A DNA stretch of 64,000 bases from Gammaproteobacteria bacterium (GTDB lineage Bacteria; Pseudomonadota; Gammaproteobacteria; UBA4575), in contig JABDMD010000005.1 of assembly GCA_013001685.1 (NCBI GenBank), positions 9,772-73,771 of the forward strand, in the 5' to 3' direction. Shown here one piece after another: positions 61,874 through 64,000 of the stretch (within the stretch, counting starts at the first letter, position 1; each line of letters opens with the position of its first letter). The notes under the pieces are model-generated. The model saw only the letters and a program-made list of their open reading frames with translations. It did not search any database and was not told the DNA's origin. Both the position numbers and the translations under genes were made by a program.

Positions 61874-62503
61874 ATGGAGGTCTTTTTCAAATTAGTCACA
61901 GAACTTATTCAGACTACTAAAGCTTTTTGGATGGTGCTATTAGGAGCCGGTATTGCAATATTTGCTAATAATAGAACAACAAAACTCGCTAATGATGGTT
62001 TTTTACGAGAAAGAAAAAAACAACGATATGATGAAACCAACAGAGAAAAGATTAACGCGCTAAAACAACTATATGAATTAATCCAGGAAGCCACCTCACT
62101 TTACAGTGTATATATGGCTAGAGTGAAATTTAATATAACACGCAAACAAAGAAATTCGTTGTCCGATGATGCAGAAAATATAAGGCTAAAGATAATAGAA
62201 AAATTTAGCAAAGCCTCTATGTTGGTGCAGTTTTATGCTATTGAAAAAAGTATAGCCTTTGATCATTATCAGCGCGCGGTGATAAAAGGGCTTAGATTAT
62301 GGGATGCATACCAATTAGCTGAAGTTAAAAACGATAATTATCTACATAGATTAAGCAAAGCCCACTTAGAATTAATCAACAAAAATCGTAGCAAGGTCAT
62401 GCAGTATGAAGCGGACCTAGCATTGCGTATAGGAAGTTCGGGAAGAAAAATTATTAATCAAAGTAACCTCTACGAGGATGTTTTAGAAGAACTTGATTTG
62501 TAA
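61874..62503 (+). CDS. Hypothetical protein (209 aa)
   Basis: ORF with an N-terminal TM segment. A repeat copy lies 39 bp after its stop. Confidence 0.4.
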   Translation: MEVFFKLVTELIQTTKAFWMVLLGAGIAIFANNRTTKLANDGFLRERKKQRYDETNREKINALKQLYELIQEATSLYSVYMARVKFNITRKQRNSLSDDAENIRLKIIEKFSKASMLVQFYAIEKSIAFDHYQRAVIKGLRLWDAYQLAEVKNDNYLHRLSKAHLELINKNRSKVMQYEADLALRIGSSGRKIINQSNLYEDVLEELDL

Positions 62504-62542
62504 TCTGTTAGATCATACTTATTCTTACATATATCTAATGTC

Positions 62543-62568
62543 CGCTATTAGCCGAAAGCAGACAAAAA
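62543..62568. repeat. Palindromic repeat copy H
   Basis: tgtccgctattagccgaaagcagaca. Lies 39 bp after the stop of 61874-62503 and 11 bp before the next start. Confidence 0.65.
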
Positions 62569-62579
62569 TTCGCACTTAA

Positions 62580-62894
62580 ATGATTCACATAATTTTACAT
62601 TTTTTGGTTCCAGCACTAGTAGCTCGAATTTTCTTTCGAAGGCACTGGGGAAACGCATGTTTTATAATGGTCGCGACAATGCTCGTTGATCTCGATCACT
62701 TAATTGCAAGCCCCATATATAATCCTGATTGCTGTAGCATTGGTTTTCACCCGCTACATCAACCATGGTTCGTAGTATTGTATTTTATACTTTGTTTTGT
62801 ACCTAAGACCCGGCTTATAGGTCTCGGGTTGTCTATTCATATGAGTCTAGATGCTATTAATTGCCAAGTGACAAATGGTGTGTGGATAAATTAA
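62580..62894 (+). CDS. Small hypothetical protein, DUF6122-like
   Basis: 104 aa (MIHIILHFLVPALVARIFF...DLDHL) resembles the DUF6122 family. Confidence 0.45.
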   Translation: MIHIILHFLVPALVARIFFRRHWGNACFIMVATMLVDLDHLIASPIYNPDCCSIGFHPLHQPWFVVLYFILCFVPKTRLIGLGLSIHMSLDAINCQVTNGVWIN

Positions 62895-62935
62895 AATTTA
62901 ATTAACAAGAGCACATAAAAATGCAAGTAGTTATT

Positions 62936-62961
62936 GTCCGCTTATGGCCAAAAGCAGACAC
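62936..62961. repeat. Palindromic repeat copy I (near-perfect 24-bp palindrome)
   Basis: tgtccgcttatggccaaaagcagaca. Confidence 0.75.
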
Positions 62962-63021
62962 TATGTTGGAACTAAGTTAGATTTATCGTTGAATTTACAA
63001 TCACTGCTCAACGTAGGCACT

Positions 63022-63183
63022 TATGAATACAGAGACTCAGCTATTAGTGTATTTAATATTATTACTTTTCGTTGATACTATATTGCCATTACCTATTACT
63101 GCGGCAATTTTACTATATGTGGTGTTAAAAAGACCCGTATGGTTTAGAGAGCTGTACCATCAAGTATATAAATCGTCCACATA
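63022..63183 (+). CDS. Small hydrophobic protein (53 aa), not in the ORF track
   Basis: ATG at 63022 and TAA at 63181-63183. One TM helix. A repeat copy begins 10 bp after the stop. Confidence 0.25.
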
Positions 63184-63193
63184 ATACACATAC

Positions 63194-63220
63194 AGTGACC
63201 GCTAACGACCCAAAGCGGAT
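63194..63220. repeat. Palindromic repeat copy J (divergent centre)
   Basis: gtgaccgctaacgacccaaagcggata. Confidence 0.5.
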
Positions 63221-63428
63221 ATTCAACGACTAAGCTTATCTGCTATGTCTCGCTTGAATGAAAAATAAAATAAAATTGGGTTACTTTGGCAGGACTGTTT
63301 AGCTCTTCATCGATTGTCAGAATCATTTATTCTATTCATATGTAAAACTTCATATGTTTCTCTTGAACTAGCTATGCGCTTACTCATTTTACAACGAGCG
63401 CATATATATATTAGGCGATGACAAGGAA

Positions 63429-63686
63429 GTGTTCATGAAAGCTGATCTTATAAAATATAAAGACTATACAATTCTGTTTAATGCCCATGAGATAAAGTCT
63501 GGGTCATTTTGTCCTGTCGCAATGCTTTTCAAGTCGGGGAAGAAAGCAGTTACGTTAGATATTAAAAGGACGTTTGCAGAAAGAGGTCAAGCGCTCTCAT
63601 TTGCATTGAATGCTGCGGAAGCGACTGTAGATGCAAAGCTTAAAGAAATGAAACCATATTTTGCTTCGGTTATAAGTGGGTGTTGA
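63429..63686 (+). CDS. Hypothetical protein (85 aa)
   Basis: ORF followed 43 bp later by a repeat copy. Confidence 0.35.
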   Translation: MFMKADLIKYKDYTILFNAHEIKSGSFCPVAMLFKSGKKAVTLDIKRTFAERGQALSFALNAAEATVDAKLKEMKPYFASVISGC

Positions 63687-63728
63687 ATCATTTGCATTCC
63701 ATGATGTAACCAATTCGCTCAAACTTTG

Positions 63729-63755
63729 AATGACCGCTTTTGGCCATAAGCGGAC
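63729..63755. repeat. Palindromic repeat copy K (near-perfect palindrome)
   Basis: atgaccgcttttggccataagcggaca. Confidence 0.75.
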
Positions 63756-63874
63756 AATTGTATCTTAGTAAAATGATAGTCAGTCTGTTTTTCGGAATGA
63801 AATACAGAATTGCTATTAAATATACTTTGCTATTCTTATAGATTAAGAGTACGTTGATTTTAGATTAGATCTTC

Positions 63875-64000
63875 CTAACCCGTTTCTTCCAGAGTTTCAT
63901 TTCTCCGCCAGTCATCGGCAATCACCTCTAATTCCTGATTTTTATGACGCAGTGTCATGAGAGCACTTAAATTTGTGCAAATAGATTGAACACCGGGAAT
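63875..64000 (-). CDS. C-terminal 41 codons of a gene entering from beyond the window end
   Basis: Reverse-strand frame open from 64000 to TAG at 63875-63877 (...ALMTLRHKNQELEVIADDWRRNETLEETG*). Confidence 0.2.
   Translation of the reverse strand: MPGVQSICTNLSALMTLRHKNQELEVIADDWRRNETLEETG

Noticed and set aside
58849-63755. Interpreting the palindromic repeats as integron attC sites
   Set aside because: The units are only about 26-32 bp, whereas attC sites are at least about 57 bp. They lack the R''/R' core pair (RYYYAAC … GTTRRRY). Gene orientation flips mid-array, and no intI is visible in the window. I kept it only as an architectural analogy.
58849-63755. CRISPR array
   Set aside because: The repeats are palindromic but not identical direct repeats. 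Spacing is irregular (300-700 bp), and the units contain whole genes rather than 30-40 bp spacers.

Overview
This 64-kb window looks like chromosomal DNA from an AT-rich (roughly 40% GC by eye) gammaproteobacterium. Gene order matches the Pseudomonas-type blocks pilJ'-pilI-pilH-pilG / gshB-tonB-yqgE-ruvX-pyrR-pyrB-pyrC' and pilT-pilU / yggS-proC-yggT-metX-metW. A formaldehyde-activating enzyme homologue (fae) hints at a marine methylotroph or Thiotrichales-like host; that is speculation only.

Main content, in order along the window:
- Housekeeping genes: gshB, the pyr genes, proC, metXW, hupB-like, hspQ, cysQ, ppsA/ppsR, typA and ppnN.
- Three tandem pilT-family retraction ATPase genes.
- A respiratory island: heme O synthase, a CuA subunit II fused to a di-heme cytochrome c, subunit I, two subunit-III-like genes, subunit IV, a di-heme cytochrome c peroxidase and a second heme O synthase.
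- A Tat-dependent GMC oxidoreductase pair.
- A second type-IV-pilus-class chemosensory operon (CheY-CheW-MCP-CheA/REC hybrid) followed by a Hanks-type Ser/Thr kinase.
- A 3'-terminal island (about 58.2-63.8 kb) of small unrelated ORFs, each followed by a copy of a previously unannotated palindromic repeat of about 26-32 bp.

That repeat has consensus GTCCGCTTTTGGCCAAAAGCGGAC and occurs in at least 13 copies in the window.

Other notable observations:
- ppsA is interrupted by a single in-frame TAA at a conserved Lys codon.
- A GAF-domain gene is frameshifted.
- An orphan encapsulated-ferritin-like (EncFtn) gene lies next to a persulfide-dioxygenase-like MBL gene.
- A perfect palindromic operator candidate sits upstream of a TetR-family gene.
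- A PyrK-like gene has a conserved in-frame N-terminal extension with no canonical start codon.

No rRNA, tRNA, CRISPR array, transposase or integrase was recognised.
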